DNA from: an uncultured Spirochaetaceae bacterium
GTDB lineage: Bacteria > Spirochaetota > Spirochaetia > SZUA-6 > Bin103
NCBI GenBank assembly: GCA_964618015.1
Contig: CAZTZA010000001.1
Span: 1 to 53,175, forward strand
DNA: 53,175 nt
Direction: 5' to 3'
Shown here one piece after another: positions 43,348 through 52,724 of the stretch. The notes beneath the pieces were generated by a model that was given only the letters and a program-made list of their open reading frames with translations, had not been told where the DNA came from and did not search any database. Position 1 is the first letter of the stretch, and every line of letters starts with the position of its first letter. Both the position numbers and the translations under genes were made by a program.

Positions 43348-45699
43348 GTGCCGATCACATTAGGTTTAGGTAATGATGTATCCGCAATTCCGCGTGACCA
43401 TGAATTATCGATACAAGATAGAGTTGTCACTGTGAAGACGCAATCTGTTGGCGTGCCTACTCCGCTAATTGACGGCGAGGCCCGGGTGCGAGGTGACCTT
43501 TCTTTTACCGCAGACTTTGTTGGACCAGACACGCTTGCGATGCGATTGGTTACCAGCCCGTATGCCCATGCTCGGATTCTAAAGATCAACATCGATGCTG
43601 CTTGCTCTCTCCCAGGTGTGGTGCGGGTACTAACCGCAGCTGACATGCCCGAGATTGCACCTACTACGCGGATACGTCTGCTGCTGGCGCGCGAACGAGT
43701 GCTATTTGTAGGCCATCCGGTCGCTCTAGTAGTGGCTATCTCCGAAGCTGCTGCTGAGGACGGATTAGATGCGGTCATAGTCGACTACGAGCCGCTCCAA
43801 GCCTCAACAACGATGGACAGAGCTATCCAGCCAGGTGCGCCACTTGTCTGGCCGGACGGTGTCCCGGGAGAAGATCGAGAAGCCGCTGATCACGGTGCTG
43901 AAGTGGGGGGTGCTGAAACTGAATCTGCGACTCCTTCGAATATAGTTAATCCTGTTGGCTTCCGGCGCGGTAACGCCGAGGCGGCACTGAGGACCTCACA
44001 TCGAACTGTCGATCTTACCTTCGAGATAGATCGGGTCCATCAAAGTTATCTGGAGCCACATTCCACCATCGCCAAGCCGAAAACTAGTTCGCAGGGCTTC
44101 ACGATTTTGAGTTCGTCGCAAGCACCGACCAACGTCCAACGAGAATCTGCTGCTCTGCTTGGCATCGCTGCATCAGAAGTAGACGCGAAGGTGATGCAAG
44201 TTGGAGGAGGATTTGGCGGTAAATTTATTCTCTATGAGCCGTTAGTAACCGCCGCGGCACAGGTAGTGGGTGCTTCCGTACAGCTCATCTTAACTCGTCG
44301 CGAGGAGTTATTAGCGACGCAGCCCGCGGCTGGGGGTAGAATTCGAATCCAGCTAGGAGCTGAAGCGAATGGCACGCTGACAGCGATCAAGGCTGATCTG
44401 GTTTACGATGGCGGGTGCTTTCCATCAACACCCACCGGAATCGGAGTACAGATGTGTGGCAGTATCTACCAGGCGCCTAACATAAATGTAAGTGGTCACA
44501 CCGTTATGACCCATAAGCCGTCAATTGGTGCCTACCGAGCTCCAGGCATGACACAACAGGCATTTGCTTTGGAAAGCGCGATGGACGAACTGGGAATTGC
44601 TTTGGGCATCGATCCCCTGGAGCTGCGCCTACGTAATGCGTCTGAACCCGGCGATCCACTAGCGGATGGCGGAGTGTGGCCGGATATAGGCATCCGTGAC
44701 GTTTTATCACGACTTCAAGCGCATCCTCTTTGGCAAGACCGCAATCGTCTGGCAGGAACCGGTCGCGGTGTCGGCGTTGCTCTTGGAGGGTGGTTTGGCG
44801 GTGTTGATGCCGGCAGCGCTGGTTGCACGGTAGAAGAAGACGGTGGCATTACGGTGCATCTCGCTGCTGTGGATTTAACTGGCATAACTACTAGTGTGGT
44901 GCTCTTGGTGGCAGAAGAGATTGGAATCAGACCGGAAGAGGTGCGTGTACGTGAGCAAGGGCAGGTAGACGGGCCGTACCATTTGACTAATGCTGGCGGC
45001 AGTAAGACATTAAGGTCGGTAGGACCTGCAGTTGTGGCGGCGGCTCGCGACGTTAAAGAACAGCTTTTTCGCGTTGCGTCAGCCCACCTGGAGGCGGACA
45101 TCGCTGACCTGGAGATTACGGATGGGGCCGTACAGGTCAAGGGAGTCCCCGACTCAGCCGTTCCCATTGGTAAGTTGGCTGGTATGCGTGCCCAGTATGG
45201 TCCAGTCGACGGTCATGGTCGTAGTGCTGCTGGCGGCCGGACACCGGCATTCGCTGCTCAGATGGCGGAAGTCAGTGTTGATGAGGAGACTGGTCGCGTG
45301 ACGCTCCATCGGATTGTGATGGCTCAGGACGTTGGTCGTGCAGTCAACCCGCTTACGGTTTCCGGACAGATGATGGGAGGTGCTGTGCAGGGGGCTGGCT
45401 GGGCTCTCTGCGAACGCTTGGTCTATGACGGCGAAGGCCAACTTCTAACGGGCACATTTATGGACTATGCAGTACCAAAGGCTATAGACGTACCGCCGAT
45501 CGAAACGATCCTCGTGGAGCGGCCATCGGATTACGCGCCTCACGGTGCTCGTGGAGTAGGCGAGCCGCCGATCATTGCTACTGCGGGTGCTATTGCTAAT
45601 GCGGTTCGACATGCCAGTAATCGACGGGTGACTACTGCGCCGCTAATTCCTAGTCGAGTGCTGGCGGTCACGCCGTCGTCAACTGAATCACCTGTCTGA
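43348..45699 (+). CDS. Xanthine-dehydrogenase/aldehyde-oxidase-family molybdopterin-binding large subunit
   Basis: 783 aa (start uncertain). It has GGGFGGKF and the C-terminal ARGVGEPPIIATAGAIANAV with the catalytic Glu. No FeS or FAD subunit gene is adjacent. Confidence 0.85.
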   Translation: MPITLGLGNDVSAIPRDHELSIQDRVVTVKTQSVGVPTPLIDGEARVRGDLSFTADFVGPDTLAMRLVTSPYAHARILKINIDAACSLPGVVRVLTAADMPEIAPTTRIRLLLARERVLFVGHPVALVVAISEAAAEDGLDAVIVDYEPLQASTTMDRAIQPGAPLVWPDGVPGEDREAADHGAEVGGAETESATPSNIVNPVGFRRGNAEAALRTSHRTVDLTFEIDRVHQSYLEPHSTIAKPKTSSQGFTILSSSQAPTNVQRESAALLGIAASEVDAKVMQVGGGFGGKFILYEPLVTAAAQVVGASVQLILTRREELLATQPAAGGRIRIQLGAEANGTLTAIKADLVYDGGCFPSTPTGIGVQMCGSIYQAPNINVSGHTVMTHKPSIGAYRAPGMTQQAFALESAMDELGIALGIDPLELRLRNASEPGDPLADGGVWPDIGIRDVLSRLQAHPLWQDRNRLAGTGRGVGVALGGWFGGVDAGSAGCTVEEDGGITVHLAAVDLTGITTSVVLLVAEEIGIRPEEVRVREQGQVDGPYHLTNAGGSKTLRSVGPAVVAAARDVKEQLFRVASAHLEADIADLEITDGAVQVKGVPDSAVPIGKLAGMRAQYGPVDGHGRSAAGGRTPAFAAQMAEVSVDEETGRVTLHRIVMAQDVGRAVNPLTVSGQMMGGAVQGAGWALCERLVYDGEGQLLTGTFMDYAVPKAIDVPPIETILVERPSDYAPHGARGVGEPPIIATAGAIANAVRHASNRRVTTAPLIPSRVLAVTPSSTESPV

Positions 45700-45706
45700 C
45701 CAGTCG

Positions 45707-46687
45707 TTGCCTGCAAGGACTCAGGGCCCGCTGACGCGACTCATCCTGGGTACAGCCCACCTATCTGGTGGCGGTCCGATTCTACCTGGATCAGTGACTG
45801 GTGCGGCGGCGTTTGAGTTGCTCGATCGGGCACTTGATCTTGGCATCAAGACTTTAGATACGGCAGCAATCTACCAATTTGGTGGTAGTGAACGGTTGAT
45901 CGGCTCCTGGATGCAGCACCGTGGGGTGCGCGACAGGATATACTTAATTACCAAAGGGGGGCATCCGTCGATTTTTGGCGGTGCAAGGATGAGCCGTCGT
46001 CACATACAGCATGATTTGGATGGATCTCTACGGCGCCTGGGCGTTGACTATGTTGACCTCTACCTGGTGCATCGTGATTCATCATCAAGTCCACTTGTAT
46101 CGATTGCCGAAACCCTCTGTTCGTTGATTGCAGATGGACATATCGGTGCCTATGGAGTATCAAACTGGACCCATGAGAGGTTTTTAGCACTACTTGAGTT
46201 AGTATCACGTGAAGGTATGCCGCTCCCAGTTGCCAGTAGCCCGCAGTTCAGTCTGCCGGTATGGCGCGTTTCCCCTTACCCTGGCTGCGTAACACTTGGA
46301 GGTCGGGCAGCAACTCAAGGGCTTAAGACCTATCGTGCGACTAATACAGCTGTTCTGGCTTGGTCTCCTCTGGGTGGGGGCTGGCTTGCGGGGCCAGGCG
46401 GACGTGCAGGTGGCAGGCCGTACAGCGGAGGCGCTAACGACGCACGCTACTATCGTCTAAAGACGTTATCCGATTTAATTGGCTGTACGCCAGCACAGAC
46501 AGCGCTGCAGTACGTGTTGTCTCATGGGTCGAACGTGCATGCTATTCTTGGTACCCGCCGGCCAGAACGGCTGGTCGAGCTGCAGGCCGGATTATCTGTG
46601 ACGCTACGTCCTGATCAAGTCGCTTGGCTAGCGAACGGCGATGAAAACAATTCTTCATCGGACAGCCCACTTAGGTTGTTGTCGTGA
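45707..46687 (+). CDS. Aldo/keto reductase
   Basis: 326 aa with a TTG start 7 nt after the previous stop. It has LDTAAIYQFGGSERLIG, VDLYLVHRD and GVSNW. Confidence 0.8.
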   Translation: MPARTQGPLTRLILGTAHLSGGGPILPGSVTGAAAFELLDRALDLGIKTLDTAAIYQFGGSERLIGSWMQHRGVRDRIYLITKGGHPSIFGGARMSRRHIQHDLDGSLRRLGVDYVDLYLVHRDSSSSPLVSIAETLCSLIADGHIGAYGVSNWTHERFLALLELVSREGMPLPVASSPQFSLPVWRVSPYPGCVTLGGRAATQGLKTYRATNTAVLAWSPLGGGWLAGPGGRAGGRPYSGGANDARYYRLKTLSDLIGCTPAQTALQYVLSHGSNVHAILGTRRPERLVELQAGLSVTLRPDQVAWLANGDENNSSSDSPLRLLS

Positions 46688-48327
46688 ACGAAGCCGACGC
46701 TATAGTGGTTGGATCTGGTGCTGCCGGCGGCTGGGCAGCTAAAGAACTCACCGAGGCAGGGCTGTCCGTGCTGATGCTGGAGGCTGGTCCGCAGGAACGA
46801 CGCGCGCCGTCAGTCGGCAGATCGTGGGCTCAGCGGGTCTGGCGTCATGCACGCCGTAAGCAGCCGGTGCAAGAGATGCACCCTATTTACTGGAACAAAA
46901 ATCCAGATCTTTTTGTGAGTGACACTGAGCAGCCGTATGGGACACCGACTGACCGGCCTTTTATGTGGATCCGTGGGCGACAGCTTGGCGGGCGCACGTT
47001 GCTCTGGGGCGGTGTTACCCTGCGGCTATCCGACTACGAACTTAAAGCTGCTGAACGTGACGGATATGGACCATCATGGCCGCTGAGTTACTGTGAGTTG
47101 GCTCCATTCTACGATCGTGTGGAGCGTTTTTTGGGAATCCACGGCACAAAGGAGGGCCTTCGACAGCTTCCTGATGGCTGCTTTATAGGCTCTCGGCCGC
47201 TTACGCGTGCCGAACGTCATCTATCTTGCGGGGTGGCAGCTGCTTGGCCGGACCGTCGGATTATCCCATCTCGTGGCCTAGCTATTACTCAGCACGGCGG
47301 TATTTCAAGCCCGTTGTCAAGCGTTAGCTCTACCATTGCTACGGCATACGCAACTGGTCGACTACGGATCCTTACCGGATGTGTGGCTAGCCACCTTATC
47401 CCCAACCGTCGCACTGGAGGAGCTGCTGGTGTCGCATTCGTCGATGCCGAAACTGGCGACGCCTGTTTCGAGCGGGCTCAGCTGATTGTTCTCTGCGCCT
47501 CCACAATAGAGACGGTGCGCATTCTACTCACGACACAAAAGGAGCATCCCGAGCTTCCAGTGAGTGAATCTGATTGTATAGGTAGGTATCTGATGGACCA
47601 TGTCCTGACTGGTACCGTGGTAGAGATGGACGGTATCGCATACGAGTCACCAGCACCTCGCACAGGTGCCGATTCGTTCCTATTGCCACGATATCAGAAT
47701 CTTGCAGTAGCTGAGCCATACCTCCGTGGCTACGGACTTTGGGGAGGTATCCAGCGCAAAGGGTTCGCCGGTCGTCGCGGCCGACCTGCCCGTGGTTTTG
47801 TTGTAGCCCAAGGGGAAATGCTGCCGAGAGCTTGTAACCGGGTGATCTTGGGGGAAAAACGCTGCGCCAACGGGCTAAGGAATATCCATATTGATTGCTC
47901 CTGGGGGGAAAATGATCGGGCAATCCATGCTGATATGATGTCTTCGGTAGGAGATATGATGCAGGCCGGAGGCGGACATACGAAGACACTTTTTGATTCA
48001 GTCGCCTTCTTGCCTGGACTCCTGGGGCTACCCGGGAGATTGGAGCGGTTCTGGATATCACCGGCTCCTGGATCTTTTGCTCATGAAGTAGGGGGCGCCC
48101 GCATGGGCAGTGATCCGGTAGATTCAGTGGTGGACTCACGCAATCGCTGCTGGGGTATGCCAAACGTGCTGATTACTGACGGTGCATGTTGGCCGACCTC
48201 AGGATGGCAAGGACCGACTCTTACTATAATGGCGTTGACTGCGCGTGCCTGCATGATGGCGGTCGCTGATCTCCGCCGCAAAGAACTTGGATCAACTGAT
48301 ACGAAACGAAGGGCAAAATATCGGTGA
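46684..48327 (+). CDS. GMC-family FAD-dependent oxidoreductase
   Basis: 547 aa with a GTGA start/stop overlap. It has DAIVVGSGAAGGWAAKELTEAGLSVLMLEAG and the C-terminal HEVGGARMG...NVLITDGACWP. Confidence 0.85.
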   Translation: MNEADAIVVGSGAAGGWAAKELTEAGLSVLMLEAGPQERRAPSVGRSWAQRVWRHARRKQPVQEMHPIYWNKNPDLFVSDTEQPYGTPTDRPFMWIRGRQLGGRTLLWGGVTLRLSDYELKAAERDGYGPSWPLSYCELAPFYDRVERFLGIHGTKEGLRQLPDGCFIGSRPLTRAERHLSCGVAAAWPDRRIIPSRGLAITQHGGISSPLSSVSSTIATAYATGRLRILTGCVASHLIPNRRTGGAAGVAFVDAETGDACFERAQLIVLCASTIETVRILLTTQKEHPELPVSESDCIGRYLMDHVLTGTVVEMDGIAYESPAPRTGADSFLLPRYQNLAVAEPYLRGYGLWGGIQRKGFAGRRGRPARGFVVAQGEMLPRACNRVILGEKRCANGLRNIHIDCSWGENDRAIHADMMSSVGDMMQAGGGHTKTLFDSVAFLPGLLGLPGRLERFWISPAPGSFAHEVGGARMGSDPVDSVVDSRNRCWGMPNVLITDGACWPTSGWQGPTLTIMALTARACMMAVADLRRKELGSTDTKRRAKYR

Positions 48328-49616
48328 AGCAAACTGAAAAACGGGTCGGCATGGTAGCAGTTGGCTCCTGGGGCGATATTGGGCCTCTCATAACTCTGGG
48401 ATCAGGCTTGTCCAAGGTTGGGTATGAGGTTCTCATGGTCACGCACGCTGCCTACGCTGACGATGTCTTAAACGCTGGTTTGGACTTTGCGCCGCTAAGC
48501 GGTGATCCAGTAACAATCCCGGAGGGTGAGCAAGGCCGTAGATGGATAGAATCGGGTGGTAATGGGCTGGCGTTCTCTGCGCATTTGGTAAGCATCGCTC
48601 GTCCACTGCTGATGACACTACTCGAAGAAACGTATGAGGCTTGTCGCTCTTGTATGGCAATAATACATACACCATTTGCATCCTTTGCACCCCATGTCGC
48701 CGAGCGGATCGGCGTGCCGGTCATCGTAGTAGGCCAGCAACCCGTGACTCGGACTGCTGCCTGGCGGGCATTTCTCGCCCCCGAAAGCGTGCCTCTCGGT
48801 TCCATTGGAAACCGCCTTTCATACCGATTGATGGAGCAGGCGGTGTGGTTGCCTTTTCGATCACAATATCAGCGCTGGCGACGCAATGCTGGAATGCCAC
48901 TCGCCAGTCCTTTTGGCCTTGCAGACCGCTTGTACAGTGGTCAGACACCGGTGCTTTATGGATTCAGCTCCTTAGTGGTTCCCTCGCCGTCTGATTGGCC
49001 TCCTTGGCATCGAGCTACTGGCTACTGGAGTGCCCCGGAACGTTCCGCCTGGAGTAGCTCCGACAGCGAAGTTGAAGCATTTATCGATGCTGGTGATCCT
49101 CCGGTTTTTGTAGGCTTTGGCAGCATGACTGCCCGTAATCCAACGCACTTACTTACGGAGGTGGTTAAAGCCCTCCGCAGCGTCGGTCGGAGGGGTTTGC
49201 TAGCAACCGCCGCCGGTGCACTGCCAGCAGAGCTGGAGGCATCGGATATGCTAATTGCGAAGGGATTTTCTCATGTGCGTGCCTTGCCTCGAGTAGCCGC
49301 AGCTGTGCACCACGGTGGTGCCGGCACGGTTGCTGCAAGCTTGACAGCCGGAATTCCTACTGTGGTGGTACCTTTCTTCGCGGATCAGGTCTTCTGGGGC
49401 CATCGGGTAGAGGCGCTGGGGGCAGGACCTGCTTCGTTGCCGGTAGAAAAACTCACTGCTGTAGCACTAGCCGAGCGTTTGCACGCTGCACTCGAGTCAG
49501 AATCCATTCTGGTGCGCGCAGCCGAACTCGGAGCGAACCTACGAAAAGAGGATGGGGTAACGACTGCGGTAGAGCTTATCGATCGAGCCCTGGAAGCAGG
49601 GTTCGTCAGTGAGTGA
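48324..49616 (+). CDS. GT1-family (MGT / UDP-glycosyltransferase-type) glycosyltransferase
   Basis: 430 aa with a GTGA overlap. It has the N-terminus VAVGSWGDIGPLITLG and the donor-binding HHGGAGTVAASLTAGIPTVVVPFFADQVFWG. Confidence 0.85.
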   Translation: MKQTEKRVGMVAVGSWGDIGPLITLGSGLSKVGYEVLMVTHAAYADDVLNAGLDFAPLSGDPVTIPEGEQGRRWIESGGNGLAFSAHLVSIARPLLMTLLEETYEACRSCMAIIHTPFASFAPHVAERIGVPVIVVGQQPVTRTAAWRAFLAPESVPLGSIGNRLSYRLMEQAVWLPFRSQYQRWRRNAGMPLASPFGLADRLYSGQTPVLYGFSSLVVPSPSDWPPWHRATGYWSAPERSAWSSSDSEVEAFIDAGDPPVFVGFGSMTARNPTHLLTEVVKALRSVGRRGLLATAAGALPAELEASDMLIAKGFSHVRALPRVAAAVHHGGAGTVAASLTAGIPTVVVPFFADQVFWGHRVEALGAGPASLPVEKLTAVALAERLHAALESESILVRAAELGANLRKEDGVTTAVELIDRALEAGFVSE

Positions 49617-50364
49617 GTTCTCTCGCCTACCCCGCCGTCTCCATCAGATCTGGATGCAAGGCCAGGAGGAGCTGCCAGACCGCCTGGTAGAGCTTCAACA
49701 CACGTGGCAGGAGCTCAACCCGAATTATGAATATCGACTTTGGGATGAAGTGGAACTGAGAGATCTCATCAGATCCACCTACGGGTGGTTTCTGTCAACC
49801 TTCGATAGGTACCGCCACCTACACCAGAGGGCTGATGCCGGACGGTTATTTGTTTTACACAAGTACGGTGGATTTTACGCTGACGTGGATGCACGCGCGC
49901 TTCGTCCGCTCGACGAGCTCGTGGAATTGGTTCCTCAGGCTCGGATGATAACCTCAGCGCTGCCATTTGCGGGGCTTGACCGCATTGCAGTCAGCTTGGC
50001 ATGTGGTACACACCAATTGATCACCAACGCTATCCTAGGGATAGAGCCTGGGATGCCAGAGTGGCTACAAGTGCTCAGAAAGCTAAAGAAAAGATCAAAC
50101 TTTCTAAGGTTCCACAAGGAACTTTCGATCGCCTTCGGTACCGGGCCGATGTTTTTGTCTGGTGCGGTCAATCTCGCTTTTGCTGGTTGCCGAGAGCAAG
50201 TTGCGGTCATGCCGGCCCGCATGTTCGAGCGTCGCCTGGGGTACCAGCCGTTTTTCCCGCCTCCGCGGGACGCGTTTATGGATCACTTGATGGACGCTAG
50301 TTGGCATTCTCCCTGGCTTCAGCGCGTGCTGCGGTTGTATTACCGTTTGTTGTACAGGAACTGA
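49609..50364 (+). CDS. GT32-like DXD glycosyltransferase (Gly_transf_sug / OCH1-type fold)
   Basis: 251 aa with a GTG start overlapping the previous gene by 8 nt. It has LHQIWMQG, NPNYEYRLWD, RADAGRLFVLHKYGGFYADVD. Confidence 0.75.
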   Translation: MSEFSRLPRRLHQIWMQGQEELPDRLVELQHTWQELNPNYEYRLWDEVELRDLIRSTYGWFLSTFDRYRHLHQRADAGRLFVLHKYGGFYADVDARALRPLDELVELVPQARMITSALPFAGLDRIAVSLACGTHQLITNAILGIEPGMPEWLQVLRKLKKRSNFLRFHKELSIAFGTGPMFLSGAVNLAFAGCREQVAVMPARMFERRLGYQPFFPPPRDAFMDHLMDASWHSPWLQRVLRLYYRLLYRN

Positions 50365-52656
50365 TGGGGGACCGGTTCGTCGGAAGCGAATTGTGAGGAT
50401 AGCCGGCAGCACTGTAAGGGCTCCGGCAGTGGTGGCAGCGATAGCGATACTGAGCAGGAGACCGAACCTGGCAACGGGCACGAAGGTAGAGCCTACTAGA
50501 GGAAGAAGCCCGAAACAGATTGCGCCAGAGGTGATGAGAATTGGTCCACCCGCGTGTGCCACCGCAGAACGCATCGCCTGGGTCCGTTCAGCACCGCAGC
50601 CTCGTTCACGTTGATACCAGACTAATAGGTGCAATGCATCATCAATACCTATACCGATCGCAAGGCTAGCTATCATAACTGTTAATGCGTCAAACGGCAG
50701 ATCAGCGATGCCCATCATTGCCGCGGTTGCTATGATTCCTACTGCTAATGGCGCCACGGCGGCGAGGCCAAGGGCAAAGGAACGAAGCGCAATAGCAGTT
50801 AACACCACAACGAGCAATGCACTAGCAATGGTAGTTATCACTTGGTCGCGTCGTAGTAGCTCGGAGAGGCGAAGCGCGAACATGCTCCAGCCCCACAAAT
50901 CAGATTGGACTTCGGGCAAAGCCTTGTCGACCGACTGACGCACGAAACTGGCGAGCTCTGCCATGCCAGTCTCATACAGATAGCCACCGGTCGAACCGTC
51001 CATCACCCACAGGCGGGAGGTCAATGTTTGTCCGTCCGAGCTGAGGCCGGGACCAGTGCGCGAGCGAGCGGTTAGAGTGTTCATACGTGCAGCTAATTCG
51101 ATCAGCGGGCGGTCATCGGAACCGAGGTCGCTGTTGAATTCAACTCCGACTGCGCGTCGTAATGCCGCAAGACTTGTCGTAAAAGACGATACATGGCTGA
51201 CGTTTGAGTGTTCAGCCATCTGCTTTTCCAGCTTGGTGACCACAGACAGTATATGTGGCTGCGCGAAGTAGCGGATCGTGTCATCCGGTGCACGCAGCGT
51301 GAGATTAAGATCGATGAAGCTACCGAACTCCCGCATAAAAATTGCGTTACCCGCGACAGCCTCGGTGTCCCCGCGAACATTGCCGGCAAAATCGGTTTCG
51401 TAGCGGATACGTGGTAATACGGCGATGAATAGGCAGATAACCAAAATGCCTGCACCAAGGGCAAGCCCTGGACGCTTGGTAAGGGTTATCGATAAATGCT
51501 GCAAATGCGCTAGGGTGCCGCGCGCTAGAACCTCCGGCGCTTCTGGTTGTTGTTGTCGGTGCAGAGCGCTTAAGATTGCTGGTAGAACGACGAGACAAAG
51601 AAAAGCACCTGCACAGACACCAGCTGCAGAAATTAACCCAAATTCGCGCAACCGCGGTATCGTGCTAAGTAGCAAAGTGCTGAAACCCGCGATTGTCGTG
51701 AGTGCAGCCAGTGTCACCGGACGCATTACTTCTGCAGCGGCGGAGGGTATATCTCCGGGACGAAGGCGGAAACGAAACGCAAGGTGCACGCCGTAGGAAC
51801 TAGTCAGGGCTATCACTAGGATCGGCACTACCAAGGTGATGATGCCGATAGGAATACTGGTCAAGCTCATCAAACCTACTGACCAAACGGCGGCGCTCAC
51901 TGCCACTGCGACCACTGCGATCGTCACCGGCAGTCGGCCCAACGCCGCCAAAAGTGTCAGGATTACCACTGCTATGGCAACTATCCCCAAGATTGGAGGA
52001 TCTCGGTAAAGTGCTTTAAGAGTCGCCTGATGAAGGGGAATCCAACCTGCCTTAATTACCTGGAAATGGTTGGCCAATGCGTCTAATGAAGGCTGTATAG
52101 ACGCGAGGAATTCCTGATAGTCAGGGATTACCTCGACGCCGTACACTAGGGCCAACGCCGTCCCGCCATCCGCTATCACTAGATTGCGTGCCTCAGGAGC
52201 GTCTTGAAGTGCTGCTTGCAGACGTTCCGCTTCGATGTCGGAACGCGGAGCTCTTCCCCCTGGCATGGCTGGCGCAAGTTGCAGGCGTCCATTTGCAAAA
52301 CTGAACGACGGGAGGTTCAGCGGTGTGACAGAAGAGACGATCAACGGATGAGAGGAGATAGCCTGATTCGCGACTTCTATCGCCTGCAGGCCAATAGTGC
52401 TAAATGGTTCGGCAGCGCGTAGTACGATAATCAGATGGTTAACGTTCTTGTCTACTTGCCCATAAGTGTCGATCAGGCGGTGTGCCGCATCATCGCGAGG
52501 AAGTAGACGAAGTACCTCAGGGTTTATATCAACTCGTGCGGCAGCGAACCCTAGAGCCACGGTGATCATAATCCACGCGATGATGATCATTCGAGTATGG
52601 CGTAGGAACATTTGCGCTGTCCTAAGCGAGCGTGCTGATGGTTGGGGAGCTATCAC
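50104..52656 (-). CDS. MMPL/RND-superfamily lipid exporter (HpnN-like); last ~90 codons are a probable read-through tail
   Basis: 850-aa ORF with two 6-TM bundles separated by large extracytoplasmic loops, the typical MMPL layout. The last TM ends at ...LPAILTIRFRR (~50377). The remaining R/K/P/H-rich tail is antisense to the GT32 gene. Start could be 52656, 52611 or 52590. Confidence 0.8.
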   Translation of the reverse strand: MIAPQPSARSLRTAQMFLRHTRMIIIAWIMITVALGFAAARVDINPEVLRLLPRDDAAHRLIDTYGQVDKNVNHLIIVLRAAEPFSTIGLQAIEVANQAISSHPLIVSSVTPLNLPSFSFANGRLQLAPAMPGGRAPRSDIEAERLQAALQDAPEARNLVIADGGTALALVYGVEVIPDYQEFLASIQPSLDALANHFQVIKAGWIPLHQATLKALYRDPPILGIVAIAVVILTLLAALGRLPVTIAVVAVAVSAAVWSVGLMSLTSIPIGIITLVVPILVIALTSSYGVHLAFRFRLRPGDIPSAAAEVMRPVTLAALTTIAGFSTLLLSTIPRLREFGLISAAGVCAGAFLCLVVLPAILSALHRQQQPEAPEVLARGTLAHLQHLSITLTKRPGLALGAGILVICLFIAVLPRIRYETDFAGNVRGDTEAVAGNAIFMREFGSFIDLNLTLRAPDDTIRYFAQPHILSVVTKLEKQMAEHSNVSHVSSFTTSLAALRRAVGVEFNSDLGSDDRPLIELAARMNTLTARSRTGPGLSSDGQTLTSRLWVMDGSTGGYLYETGMAELASFVRQSVDKALPEVQSDLWGWSMFALRLSELLRRDQVITTIASALLVVVLTAIALRSFALGLAAVAPLAVGIIATAAMMGIADLPFDALTVMIASLAIGIGIDDALHLLVWYQRERGCGAERTQAMRSAVAHAGGPILITSGAICFGLLPLVGSTFVPVARFGLLLSIAIAATTAGALTVLPAILTIRFRRTGPPSVPVQQTVIQPQHALKPGRMPTSVHQVIHKRVPRRREKRLVPQATLEHAGRHDRNLLSATSKSEIDRTRQKHRPGTEGDRKFLVEP

Positions 52657-52724
52657 GATTCAGTGAACCCCAATATACTCTGAATGCCCGCGCTTCCTGA
52701 GGGAGTGCAGGGTATTGGCCTCCC

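Noticed and set aside
47528-48163. 211-aa minus ORF, and similar 100-175-aa antisense ORFs (43254-43778, 42305-42775, 44715-45167, 33898-34338, 34887-35288, 51102-51464, 51425-51796, 48452-48805, 48641-48994)
   Set aside because: All lie opposite or out of frame to genes with strong family motifs. They have R/S/P-rich composition and no motifs.
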